DNA from: a bacterium
Lineage (GTDB): Bacteria; Zhuqueibacterota; Zhuqueibacteria; Zhuqueibacterales; Zhuqueibacteraceae
Length of the DNA: 64,000 nt
Assembly: GCA_044869275.1 (NCBI GenBank)
Contig: JBIOXB010000086.1
Span: 1 to 64,000, forward strand
Reading direction: 5' to 3'
Numbering within the stretch: position 1 is the stretch's first letter; each line of letters opens with the position of its first letter. The translations under genes and the position numbers were made by a program. Below, piece by piece: positions 46,834 to 56,278 of this stretch. The notes under the pieces are model-generated. The model was given only the letters and a program-made list of their open reading frames with translations. It did not search any database and was not told the DNA's origin.

Positions 46834-47077
46834 GAGCAGCAACCTCCTTCGTCGAGAGAGTTGGATCTGGGTTCAAAAGTGCCAATGATGCAAAGACGCG
46901 GACGCCGCGCCCGCTATAAATAAGTAGCGACGAAAGATCAAAGCGCGGAAGAGAATTTTTGTAGGAAAAAATCAAAAAGGGCAGCCTCAAATCCTGAAAG
47001 GGTACAATAGCCGCAGACCTCGACTCAAATTAAAGGATTATGAGCATAAACTAAAATATTCGTATCGAGCGCGAACA

Positions 47078-48433
47078 CTATAAACCTCTTTCGGAATACA
47101 ATTCCTCTCGATCAATTGTGACTTCACCGCCAAGATCAAATGCTTCGACTTTGAATTCCCGCCGACGTCGTCGGATTTCTTCCTTGCGCTCTTTAATTTT
47201 GTCTAATGGTGTTTCGTTTAGGTTTGTTTCCGATCGTCCACCAATTTCACCAGACTTCCACAATTCACCAAGAGAATATTCCTTGAGCCAGTGTTCCAGT
47301 TCTTTATGGGAAAGGCGCTTTAGCGTGCTCCAACCTTCATCTGATTCGACGACGACGACATCATCGGCATTTTCGAGAAAGGAAATCAAATCGGAAGAAT
47401 GCGTTGAAATGATGATCTGCATACGTTCCGAAGCTTCTTGCAGCACACCCGCCAGCAAGCGGAGCAATTGCGGGTGCAAACCAACTTCTGGGCTATCAAG
47501 GCAAAGTAAAGTAGGAGGTTCGGGATCATAAAGTGCCACTAAGATGCAGAGAAAATGAATTGTGCCATCGGAGAGCAAATTGGCAGTTATAGCGCGTTTA
47601 GGAAAGTTCTTGTCCTTCCATGCCAATATCGTCTTACCTTTCCCTAAATTAGTAGGAAAAGCTATCTCCTCAAATGACGGAAAGGCGCGACGGAGTGTAA
47701 GCAATAACGCATCATAAAAATCCCGATACTGGGATTGATTGTGCAGATGATGCAATACGCTCGAGAGGTTGTCACCATTACGGTTCAAACGTGTAACAGG
47801 TGCATCACTGATCGCTTGAGCGCTGCGCATGGGCAAATTGGGGCTGCTATCAAACGAAGAGTGAACCGCGATATTCGCTAAGACATTCCGTAGTCTGTTA
47901 AGCACTGGATCTTGAATGGCATCTCGAATCTGGGTAATGACCAGGTTAGAGCTACTGGCTTGGTATGCCTTGACCCCATGAGGGTCTCTCAAATCTCTAT
48001 CATCAGGATCAGGAATAGGCGTATGCTCGAGGCCGGATTTATCAACAAACAATGCACCGACAAGCTTCTCTGTAACTATTGAGTATTCTTCATTATCAAT
48101 AGAACCAGAAGGCGAATTCTTGGTAATCCCGACAAGATAGTCACCTTCCTTACGAATAAAGGAAGAGTCTCTTACTTCAGATTCTATGTCAATGCCGCAT
48201 CGAAAGCTCATTCTTTCCACGCCGTTCCAGCTTAGAACTTTGCCGATGCCGCCTCTTTGTGCAACAGCGTGCGAAAGCCCTTGCTTACACGCTTCGGACA
48301 GAAAATCCCAAAAGTCGAGAAAGTTCGTTTTTCCGCTGCGATTGGGCCCAATAAGAACGTTTAATGATCGCAGCGGAAAATCATCTAAGGATTTAAAACT
48401 CTTGAATCCCTGAATGTTGATGGATGAAATCAT
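47078..48433 (-). CDS. ABC/SMC-like AAA ATPase (COG4637/AAA_21 type) with C-terminal extension
   Basis: IQGFKSF, IGPNRSGKTN, LSDGT, LDSPEVGLHP, ISTHS, LGELWKSGEIGG; visibly more AT-rich than its neighbours. Confidence 0.85.
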   Translation of the reverse strand: MISSINIQGFKSFKSLDDFPLRSLNVLIGPNRSGKTNFLDFWDFLSEACKQGLSHAVAQRGGIGKVLSWNGVERMSFRCGIDIESEVRDSSFIRKEGDYLVGITKNSPSGSIDNEEYSIVTEKLVGALFVDKSGLEHTPIPDPDDRDLRDPHGVKAYQASSSNLVITQIRDAIQDPVLNRLRNVLANIAVHSSFDSSPNLPMRSAQAISDAPVTRLNRNGDNLSSVLHHLHNQSQYRDFYDALLLTLRRAFPSFEEIAFPTNLGKGKTILAWKDKNFPKRAITANLLSDGTIHFLCILVALYDPEPPTLLCLDSPEVGLHPQLLRLLAGVLQEASERMQIIISTHSSDLISFLENADDVVVVESDEGWSTLKRLSHKELEHWLKEYSLGELWKSGEIGGRSETNLNETPLDKIKERKEEIRRRRREFKVEAFDLGGEVTIDREELYSERGL

Positions 48434-48446
48434 TTCTGAACCAAAA

Positions 48447-50723
48447 CTAATTGGTGCTCTTCCCAATCAAATTCAACGCACTTCCCGCCTTAAACCAGCC
48501 AATGGCCGTTTCATTGAAAGTATGATTCAATACGCATGCATTGGTCGTGCCGTCGCTATGTTTGATGATCAGCTTTAGCGGTTTGCCGGGCGTAAATGTC
48601 GTAAGTCCCACGATCGATAGACGATCTTCTTCGCGGATCAAGTCATAGTCCGCCGGATCGGCAAACGTGAGCGGGAGAAGTCCCTGCTTTTTTAGATTGG
48701 TTTCATGAATGCGCGCGAAGCTGCGCGTGATCACCGCGCGGCAGCCGAGCCAGCGCGGCTCCATCGCGGCATGTTCTCGCGAAGATCCTTCTCCATAATT
48801 CTCATCGCCGACCGCAACCCACCCCATTAATTTGCCCGCGAGCAGCAAAGTTTTGTATTCGCGCGCGACTTCTGAAAAAGATTTCACTGCTCCGGTGAGC
48901 ACGTTCTTGCCCCGGCCTGCTTCTCCGGTGAAGGCATTGATCGCGCCGCTGAACATGTTGTCGGAGATGTTGTCGAGATGGCCGCGATATTTCAGCCATT
49001 TGCCCGCGGGCGAGATGTGATCCGTCGTGCATTTGCCTTTGGCTTTCACCAGTACCGGCAGATCGACGAAATCTCGGCCTTCCCAAGGCGCGAAGGGTAC
49101 CAGCGCCTGCAGACGTTCGCTTTGGGGATCTATGACCACCCGCACTTTCGCGCCTTCGGCCGCGGGCGCCACATAGCCAGAATCGCCTGGATCGAAGCCT
49201 CGGGCCGGTAGCTCGACGCCCGTGGGAGGGTCAAGCTTGACGCTCTCACCTTTGTCATTGACCAGGGTATCGGTGAGCGGATTGAAGCTCAATCTTCCCG
49301 CCAGTGCGTAGGCGGTGACAATCTCCGGGCTGGCGACAAAGGCAAGCGTGTTGGGGTTGTCGTCGTTGCGCTTGGCAAAATTACGATTATAGGAATTGAT
49401 GATGGTGTTGCGCTCGCCCGGTTTGATGTCGTCGCGGCTCCACATGCCGATGCACGGGCCGCAGGCATTCGCCAGCACTTTGCCGCCCACGGCGGTGAGC
49501 GTCTGCAATTGGCCGTCGCGTGTGATGGTCGCACGAATTTGCTCCGAGCCGGGAGTGATGGTGAATTTCGACTTGACTTTCAAGCCCTTTGCCAGGGCTT
49601 GCTGCGCCACGCTCGCGGCGCGCTCGAGGTCTTCATATGAAGAATTGGTGCAACTGCCGATCAACGCGACTTTGATTTCATCGGGATATCCGTTTTGCTT
49701 CGCATCCTCCGCCAGCTGGGAAACGGGCCGCGCCAAATCGGGGGTCAATGGCCCATTGACATACGGCTCCAGTTTCGCCAGATCGATTTCAATCACTTGA
49801 TCATAAAACTTTTCCGGCGATTTCAAAACTTCGGGATCGGGGGTGAGATGGTGCGCGATACGATTGGCCGCCTGCGCAACCTGGGCACGCTCGGTCGCGA
49901 TCAAGTAGGTTTCCATGCGCTGGTCGTAGGGAAAAACCGAGGTCGTTGCGCCGATTTCTGCGCCCATGTTGGTGATGGTGCCCTTGCCCGTGGCGCTGAT
50001 CGCGGCTGCGCCTTCGCCAAAATACTCGATGATATTGTTCGTCCCGCCTTTGACCGTAAGAATGCCCGCGACTCTGAGAATGACGTCTTTTGCCGCGGTC
50101 CAGCCGTTCATTTTGCCTTTGAGATGCACGCCCACGACGCCGGGCCATTTCAATTCCCACGGAATACCCGCCATGACATCCACGGCATCCGCGCCGCCGA
50201 CGCCAATCGCGATCATGCCCAAGCCGCCGGCATTGGGCGTGTGCGAATCCGTGCCGATCATCAAACCGCCAGGAAAGGCATAGTTTTCGAGCACGACTTG
50301 ATGAATGATGCCGGCGCCCGGTTTCCAAAAGCCAATGCCGTATTTGTTCGAGACGCTGGCGAGGAAATCATACACTTCTTTATTTTCATCGCGCGCGCGC
50401 GCCAAATCAGCATGCGCACCCAGCTTGGCTTGAATGAGGTGATCGCAATGGACCGTGGAGGGCACAACAGTCTTGGGTATGCTCGCAGTCATGAACTGCA
50501 GCAGAGCCATTTGCGCCGTGGCGTCTTGCATGGCCACGCGATCGGGAGAGAGATTGATGTAAGTTTTCTTGCGCGCGGGCGGTTCCTTCGGCAATTCACT
50601 GAAATGCGCGCACAGAATTTTTTCGGTGAGCGTCAGCGGCCGGTGGTAGAGCTGGCGCGCCGCCGCGATTTTCGCATCAAAAGATGCATAGACGCGTTGG
50701 ATTGAATCGAGGTCGAAAAGCAT
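48447..50723 (-). CDS. Aconitate hydratase (mitochondrial-like type)
   Basis: [54 protein letters not shown]. Confidence 0.96.
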   Translation of the reverse strand: MLFDLDSIQRVYASFDAKIAAARQLYHRPLTLTEKILCAHFSELPKEPPARKKTYINLSPDRVAMQDATAQMALLQFMTASIPKTVVPSTVHCDHLIQAKLGAHADLARARDENKEVYDFLASVSNKYGIGFWKPGAGIIHQVVLENYAFPGGLMIGTDSHTPNAGGLGMIAIGVGGADAVDVMAGIPWELKWPGVVGVHLKGKMNGWTAAKDVILRVAGILTVKGGTNNIIEYFGEGAAAISATGKGTITNMGAEIGATTSVFPYDQRMETYLIATERAQVAQAANRIAHHLTPDPEVLKSPEKFYDQVIEIDLAKLEPYVNGPLTPDLARPVSQLAEDAKQNGYPDEIKVALIGSCTNSSYEDLERAASVAQQALAKGLKVKSKFTITPGSEQIRATITRDGQLQTLTAVGGKVLANACGPCIGMWSRDDIKPGERNTIINSYNRNFAKRNDDNPNTLAFVASPEIVTAYALAGRLSFNPLTDTLVNDKGESVKLDPPTGVELPARGFDPGDSGYVAPAAEGAKVRVVIDPQSERLQALVPFAPWEGRDFVDLPVLVKAKGKCTTDHISPAGKWLKYRGHLDNISDNMFSGAINAFTGEAGRGKNVLTGAVKSFSEVAREYKTLLLAGKLMGWVAVGDENYGEGSSREHAAMEPRWLGCRAVITRSFARIHETNLKKQGLLPLTFADPADYDLIREEDRLSIVGLTTFTPGKPLKLIIKHSDGTTNACVLNHTFNETAIGWFKAGSALNLIGKSTN

Positions 50724-50975
50724 AAAAATACTCCTCGGCAAAAAGTACAGATGAAATCACTTTCGTCTCGAGCACTGTCTATTTTGATGGGGCCTTGGGT
50801 GTAGCCAAACAAACCGTCACACCTATAACGCTCAATCATATAATGTTTTCGCCGGGGTGATGCTTGAGGCTTGTGGAACGCAGCGTTTTCTTGATGCCGC
50901 TGGCATTGAGGATTGAATCAAGAACTTGAATTTCGGTAGCATGAAGCCGGCCCAATGTACTTAAGCCGATCATGA

Positions 50976-51293
50976 TTATGTCAACCCGCCCGTCTTCAAC
51001 GTTTTCCCCAATACATACTCCACTTCCAAAACATTGCCCTTCAGCCGGCCATTAAAATCTTTGCGGTCGTCAATGATAATATCCGTCACCACGCGCTCGG
51101 CGAATTTTTTCAGCTCTTCGTGACACTTCTGAATCACGAACATCACCTCTTCCCAAGACCCTTCCAGCAAAATGCCCATCGCGGTCAATTGATAATCCAA
51201 TTCGCTTTTCGCGACCAAGGCCACTGCTTGGGCTAGCAATTCTTTGGTTTCCTCGCCCGTGCCGATGGGCGTAAGTCGAAATTCGACCAGCAT
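50976..51293 (-). CDS. MTH1187/YkoF-family thiamine-binding protein
   Basis: EFRLTPIG, YQLTAMG..LEGSWEEV, IDDR. Confidence 0.85.
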   Translation of the reverse strand: MLVEFRLTPIGTGEETKELLAQAVALVAKSELDYQLTAMGILLEGSWEEVMFVIQKCHEELKKFAERVVTDIIIDDRKDFNGRLKGNVLEVEYVLGKTLKTGGLT

Positions 51294-51413
51294 TGCTTTC
51301 CTTTCTCGCTCAGCGGAATTTTGAAAACCTCGTCCCGCCGGCGCGGGAGGGCTTGAGAGTTCAACCCCGCTCGGCGCTAGCAGCGGAACGGGAAAAATGT
51401 AATTTTTTATTTC

Positions 51414-51851
51414 TTAGGCCGACTCTTGCATTTCAGTTTCACTGATGTTCTGGCCCAGCAATTTTACGCCTTCCTTAAAAACCACTTCGATTTTTGTATC
51501 ATTGTGCACTTTGGTGATCACGCCCACACCGAAAGTCTTGTGGCGGATGGCCTTGACCAAACGAAAATCGCCGCTGGTGGAGTAATCCTGGGCATCCTGC
51601 TCGGAGACTTCCAAGATCAAATTGTCCCAGCTCATTCTGCTGCGCCGGCCGCCGCTGCGCGGTGCCTTGGCGGCTTTGGGGGTGGCGGATTTCACGCGAT
51701 ACAACCGGTAGCTATTGCACACCGTGCACATCACGCGCGAGATCTTGCCGTCTTTAACCGAGGTGGCTTTGTGCAGAGTGTCCGCTTTGCATTTGCCGCA
51801 ATAAAATTCAATCTCTTGTCCGACTAGACGTTCGACTTCAGCGTCGCTCAT
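51414..51851 (-). CDS. Hypothetical zinc-ribbon protein
   Basis: CGKC...H...CTVC; C-terminal HKTFGVGVI...IEVVF; RBS AAGGAG. Confidence 0.75.
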   Translation of the reverse strand: MSDAEVERLVGQEIEFYCGKCKADTLHKATSVKDGKISRVMCTVCNSYRLYRVKSATPKAAKAPRSGGRRSRMSWDNLILEVSEQDAQDYSTSGDFRLVKAIRHKTFGVGVITKVHNDTKIEVVFKEGVKLLGQNISETEMQESA

Positions 51852-52084
51852 ATTTTCTCCTTGACGTAAGGTGACCCTACCAGATGAAACAACATATAAT
51901 AGTAACACTAATTTTTTTGAAAAACAAGCCCTTGATTTTGAAAAATAGAGATGTAGCGGCAAAATTGCGTTGGGGATTGCTATTGAATTTCAAAATTGCT
52001 ATCATCCGTCCACTTTGTCGGAAGTATTCAAAGCATGCAGCGCGAACGCAAACGATAGCCCGGCGATGAGGGAGGAAAAAAACC

Positions 52085-54355
52085 GTGGCCGATATGTCCA
52101 ACCATCAGATCAAACGCATGACCACCGTTTCGCAATCCGATGTCGATCGCATCGTTTACGGCGATCATCACGATCCGTTTTCCGTTTTGGGCATGCATCA
52201 CCTTGCGCACGAAGGCGCGAGTGCGATTGCCGTGCGCGTCTTTGCACCGGAAGCCGAGAGAATCGCCGTCATCGACCCGGAAGGAGGCGGCCACCCCATG
52301 ACCAAGATCAATGGCTTGGGATTTTATGAGCTGGTGCTTGAAGATCGCCGCGAACGCTTTCGTTACCAGCTCGAATTGACCGATTCTTTCGGACAAACGC
52401 GGCGTGTGGCCGACCCCTATGCCTATATGCGTGTTCTGACGGATGAAGATTTAGGCCTGTTCGCCCGTGGCAAGCATTGGCAAATCTATGATCGGCTCGG
52501 AGCCCACCTCATGACCATCGACCAGGCCACGGGCGTGCATTTCGCCGTGTGGGCGCCTTCGGCGCGGCGCGTGAGCGTGGTCGGAAATTTCAATCGCTGG
52601 GACGGCCGCCGCCACACCATGCGCAAACTGCTCACCGGGGTATGGGAGATTTTCATTCCCGGCCTCACGGCTGGAGAAGTTTACAAATTTGAAATAAAAA
52701 CGCGCGAAGGTCATTTGCGCGTGAAAAGCGACCCCTATGCCCAGCGCACGGAATTGCGCCCGGCGAACGCCTCGGTGGTACCGGTCGCAGAGAAATTTCA
52801 GTGGCAGGATCAAGATTGGATGTCGCGCCGCGCCGAAACCGGCTGGCTGGAGCGGCCGATGGCGATTTATGAATTGCATCTCGGCTCGTGGAAGCGCAAG
52901 GGCCAGGGCGAAAACGATTGGCTCGGTTATCGTGAAACAGCGAACGACCTGGCGGAATACCTCACCCATATGGGTTATACGCACGTCGAGCTGATGCCGG
53001 TTATGGAGCATCCCTATGATCCCTCCTGGGGCTATCAAGTCACAGGGTACTATGCGGTGAGCAGCCGTTACGGCAATCCGGAAGATTTTGCCTATTTCGT
53101 GGATTGCATGCATCGCCACAATCTCGGCGTAATTTTGGACTGGGTGCCAGCGCATTTTCCCAAAGACGATTTTGCCCTGCGCTGGTTCGATGGCACGGCA
53201 TTGTATGAGCATGCCGATCCGCGCCTGGGCGAGCATCCCGATTGGGGCACGCTGATTTTCAACTATGGGCGCAACGAAGTGCGCAATTTCTTGATTGCGA
53301 ACGCGCTGTTCTGGCTGGAAAAATACCACATCGATGGCCTGCGTGTGGATGCCGTCGCCTCCATGCTCTATCTCGACTACTCGCGCAACGCCGGGGAATG
53401 GGTGCCGAACAAATACGGCGGGCGCGAGAACTTGGAGGCCATTGATTTTATCAAAGAAATGAATGAAATCGTGCATGGCAGATTTCCCGGCGCGATCACC
53501 ATTGCCGAAGAATCCACGGCGTGGCCTGCCGTGTCGCGCCCGACTTATCTCGGCGGCCTCGGCTTTACGTTCAAATGGAACATGGGATGGATGAATGATT
53601 TTCTGCGATACATGGAGAAAGACCCTATTTATCGCCAATATCATCAAAACTTGATCACTTTCTCGATGATTTATGCATTTTCTGAGAACTTCATTTTACC
53701 CTTGTCACATGATGAAGTGGTGCACGGCAAGCGTGCATTGCTGGACAAGATGCCGGGCGACAGCTGGCGCAAGTTCGCGAATATGCGGCTGGCGCTGGGC
53801 TTCATGTTTGGCCACCCTGGCAAAAAGATGCTGTTCATGGGCAGCGAGACCGGGCAGTGGTGGGAATGGAATCATGCTGATAGTTTGCAGTGGCATTTGC
53901 TCGAGCACGAGCCGCATCGCAAGCTGCTGGAATATGTGAAGGATTTGAATCATCTTTACCGCAGTGAGCCCGCCCTGTATGAAGTCGACTATTCCTGGGA
54001 AGGATTTCAATGGATCGATTTCAGCGACGCGCAATCCAGCTTGATTTCATTCATGCGCTACGGCAAAAAACGGGACGAAGTCGTGGTATTTGCCTGCAAT
54101 TTCACTCCGACGCCGCGGCGGAGTTACCGCCTGGGGGTGCCCATGCGGGGCTATTACCAAGAATTGCTCAACAGCGATTCCGAGCATTACGGCGGCAGCA
54201 ATCTGGGCAATTCCGGCGGCGTGCAAGCCGAAGAAGCTCCGCACCACAACCAGCCGTACTCCATTGTCATCGAATTCCCGCCGCTGGCGGTGGTGGTGCT
54301 CAAATGCCGGAGGAATGAGGCGGAGGAGGCGGCGAAGAGCGAAGGGCGAGGATAG
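52085..54355 (+). CDS. glgB: 1,4-alpha-glucan branching enzyme
   Basis: FAVWAP, YELHLGSW, WGYQ, DWVPAHF, GLRVDAVASMLY, AEESTAW, LSHDEVVHGK. Confidence 0.97.
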   Translation: MADMSNHQIKRMTTVSQSDVDRIVYGDHHDPFSVLGMHHLAHEGASAIAVRVFAPEAERIAVIDPEGGGHPMTKINGLGFYELVLEDRRERFRYQLELTDSFGQTRRVADPYAYMRVLTDEDLGLFARGKHWQIYDRLGAHLMTIDQATGVHFAVWAPSARRVSVVGNFNRWDGRRHTMRKLLTGVWEIFIPGLTAGEVYKFEIKTREGHLRVKSDPYAQRTELRPANASVVPVAEKFQWQDQDWMSRRAETGWLERPMAIYELHLGSWKRKGQGENDWLGYRETANDLAEYLTHMGYTHVELMPVMEHPYDPSWGYQVTGYYAVSSRYGNPEDFAYFVDCMHRHNLGVILDWVPAHFPKDDFALRWFDGTALYEHADPRLGEHPDWGTLIFNYGRNEVRNFLIANALFWLEKYHIDGLRVDAVASMLYLDYSRNAGEWVPNKYGGRENLEAIDFIKEMNEIVHGRFPGAITIAEESTAWPAVSRPTYLGGLGFTFKWNMGWMNDFLRYMEKDPIYRQYHQNLITFSMIYAFSENFILPLSHDEVVHGKRALLDKMPGDSWRKFANMRLALGFMFGHPGKKMLFMGSETGQWWEWNHADSLQWHLLEHEPHRKLLEYVKDLNHLYRSEPALYEVDYSWEGFQWIDFSDAQSSLISFMRYGKKRDEVVVFACNFTPTPRRSYRLGVPMRGYYQELLNSDSEHYGGSNLGNSGGVQAEEAPHHNQPYSIVIEFPPLAVVVLKCRRNEAEEAAKSEGRG

Positions 54356-54489
54356 AAGATGAGGGCGCAGGAGATTCTGAAGTGTCAGACGCAAAGCGTG
54401 ACGAATTGGTGAAACATTACGAATTCCAAATTACGTAGCGCGAATCATGGGCTCAGCTTTTGATGAAAGCATGAACAGAAAGGATTTCG

Positions 54490-55326
54490 ATGAACGAGGT
54501 TGTTGTTGCAGTGATTCTAGGAATCGTTGAAGGATTGACCGAATTTCTGCCCGTGAGCTCAACGGGGCATTTGATTCTGGTGGGAAACTGGCTGCAATTT
54601 ACCGGAGAAAAAGCGAATGCTTTTGAAATCTTTATCCAGTTCGGCGCGATCATTGCCGTGCTGGGATATTTTCGCAAGCGCATCGGCGCGTTGTTGCAAA
54701 GGCTGCTGGGCAAGGAGCCGCGGCCGGGCGAGCAGTACGGCTTCAGTGTTGCCCAAGCGCGCCGCTTTGCAGCTGCGGTGATGGTCGCATTTGTTCCCGC
54801 CGCCGTGATGGGATTCTTCTTGCATGACAAGATTGAGGAACTCCTTTTCAATCCGCGGACCGTGGCCGCTGCATTGGTGATCGGTGGCGTGGGCATTATT
54901 TTGATCGAGCGTTTGCACTTGCGCCCGACTACAGAAGCGATGGAAGAAACGACCTGGCTGCAAGCCTTCTGGGTCGGGGTGGCGCAATGTTTCTCCTTGT
55001 TTCCCGGCATGTCGCGCTCGGCTTCGACCATCATGGGCGGATTGGTTGCGGGCCAGAGCCACGCCGCGGCGGCGGAATTCTCGTTTTTTTTGGCGATCCC
55101 CACGATTTCCGCAGCGACTTTGTACAGTTTGCTCAAAAGAATTCACCTGTTGCATCGTGAAGATGTCTTGATTTTTTCCGCGGGATTTATAGTTTCTCTG
55201 ATTACGGCCTGGGTGGTGATCGCGGCGTTCATGTCGTACATCAAAAAGCACAGCTTCGAAGCCTTTGGCTGGTACCGCATTGTTTTGGGATTCGCGATTC
55301 TCGGCATGATCTGGCTGCAGGCGTAG
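54490..55326 (+). CDS. uppP: Undecaprenyl-diphosphate phosphatase
   Basis: EGLTEFLPVSSTGH, PGMSRS, AAEFSFFLAIP, FGWYRI. Confidence 0.96.
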   Translation: MNEVVVAVILGIVEGLTEFLPVSSTGHLILVGNWLQFTGEKANAFEIFIQFGAIIAVLGYFRKRIGALLQRLLGKEPRPGEQYGFSVAQARRFAAAVMVAFVPAAVMGFFLHDKIEELLFNPRTVAAALVIGGVGIILIERLHLRPTTEAMEETTWLQAFWVGVAQCFSLFPGMSRSASTIMGGLVAGQSHAAAAEFSFFLAIPTISAATLYSLLKRIHLLHREDVLIFSAGFIVSLITAWVVIAAFMSYIKKHSFEAFGWYRIVLGFAILGMIWLQA

Positions 55327-55332
55327 TTGTTT

Positions 55333-55438
55333 GAGGATCGTGGAGGGAAGATCTCTGGTCGAAGCTTTGAGGAGGGAAGATTGAGGATGGCGAGTTCTGG
55401 GCTTTTGCGATCTTCGATCCTCTGGCTTCGACCGTCGA
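55333..55438. repeat. Degenerate heptad inverted repeat
   Basis: GAGGATC/GAAGATC/GAAGATT GAGGATG units versus GATCTTC GATCCTC. Confidence 0.5.
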
Positions 55439-55455
55439 ACCAGGAGGGGGTGGCA

Positions 55456-56142
55456 ATGACATACAAACTGCAAATCCCGCAGTGGCCGGAGAACGAGCGG
55501 CCGCGCGAGCGCTTGTGCCAATTGGGGGCAGAGTATCTCTCCGACGCGGAATTGCTGGCAATCACCCTGCGCGTGGGCAACCAGGGACAATCCGCATTCG
55601 ATCTCGCCAAAGCAATCCTCATTTCTTGCCAGGGTCTGGGCGGATTGGATGCCAAAAGCGTGAGCGAGCTGTGCCAGATCCACGGCATCGGCCCGGCCAA
55701 AGCTGCGCAGATCAAAGCCGCGATTGAAATCGGCAAGCGCTTGCGCCACGCGAGCAAGACGCCGGGCGCGGCCTTTCGCAACAGCCGTGAAGTGTTCGAT
55801 CATATGCAAGCGAGATTGCGCCATCAGCCGCGCGAGCAATTTCACGTCTTGTTATTGACCATTCGCAACAAACTGATTCTCGAGAAAAAACTGTTCGAAG
55901 GCACGCTGCACGAAAGCATCGTCAATCCGCGTGAAGTGGTCAAGCTCGCGGTGAACGAACAGGCGGCCGGCGTCATTTTTGTGCACAACCATCCCAGCGG
56001 CGAGCCGGCGCCCAGCAAGGACGATCTCGATTTGACCAAAAGACTGCAACGCGCGTGTGAAGCAGTCGAGATTCGCGTGCTGGACCACGTGATCGTTGGC
56101 GGCGATCGTTTCTTCAGTTTTGCCGATGAAGCCTTGTTGTAG
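55456..56142 (+). CDS. radC: RadC / JAB-domain protein
   Basis: ERPRERL, LSDAELLAI, GIGPAKA, VHNHPSG, VLDHVIV; RBS AGGAGG. Confidence 0.95.
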   Translation: MTYKLQIPQWPENERPRERLCQLGAEYLSDAELLAITLRVGNQGQSAFDLAKAILISCQGLGGLDAKSVSELCQIHGIGPAKAAQIKAAIEIGKRLRHASKTPGAAFRNSREVFDHMQARLRHQPREQFHVLLLTIRNKLILEKKLFEGTLHESIVNPREVVKLAVNEQAAGVIFVHNHPSGEPAPSKDDLDLTKRLQRACEAVEIRVLDHVIVGGDRFFSFADEALL

Positions 56143-56245
56143 GGATTGGGGATTGTGAATAGTGGATGGAAGATCGTAAATTGAAAACGAAGACGAAATA
56201 TGACTCACGATCAACGATCTACTATCCACCATCCACGATCTCTCG
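56142..56245. repeat. Degenerate heptad inverted repeat
   Basis: GGGATTG GGGATTG TGAATAG TGGATGG AAGATCG ... CACGATC AACGATC TACTATC CACCATC CACGATC. Confidence 0.65.
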
Positions 56246-56278
56246 CATAATCCTCGAATCAAAGATCAGGCAAAAAGG

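Noticed and set aside
51300..51410. TPP riboswitch upstream of the thiamine-binding-family gene
   Set aside because: Conserved CUGAGA and following TPP aptamer motifs are absent
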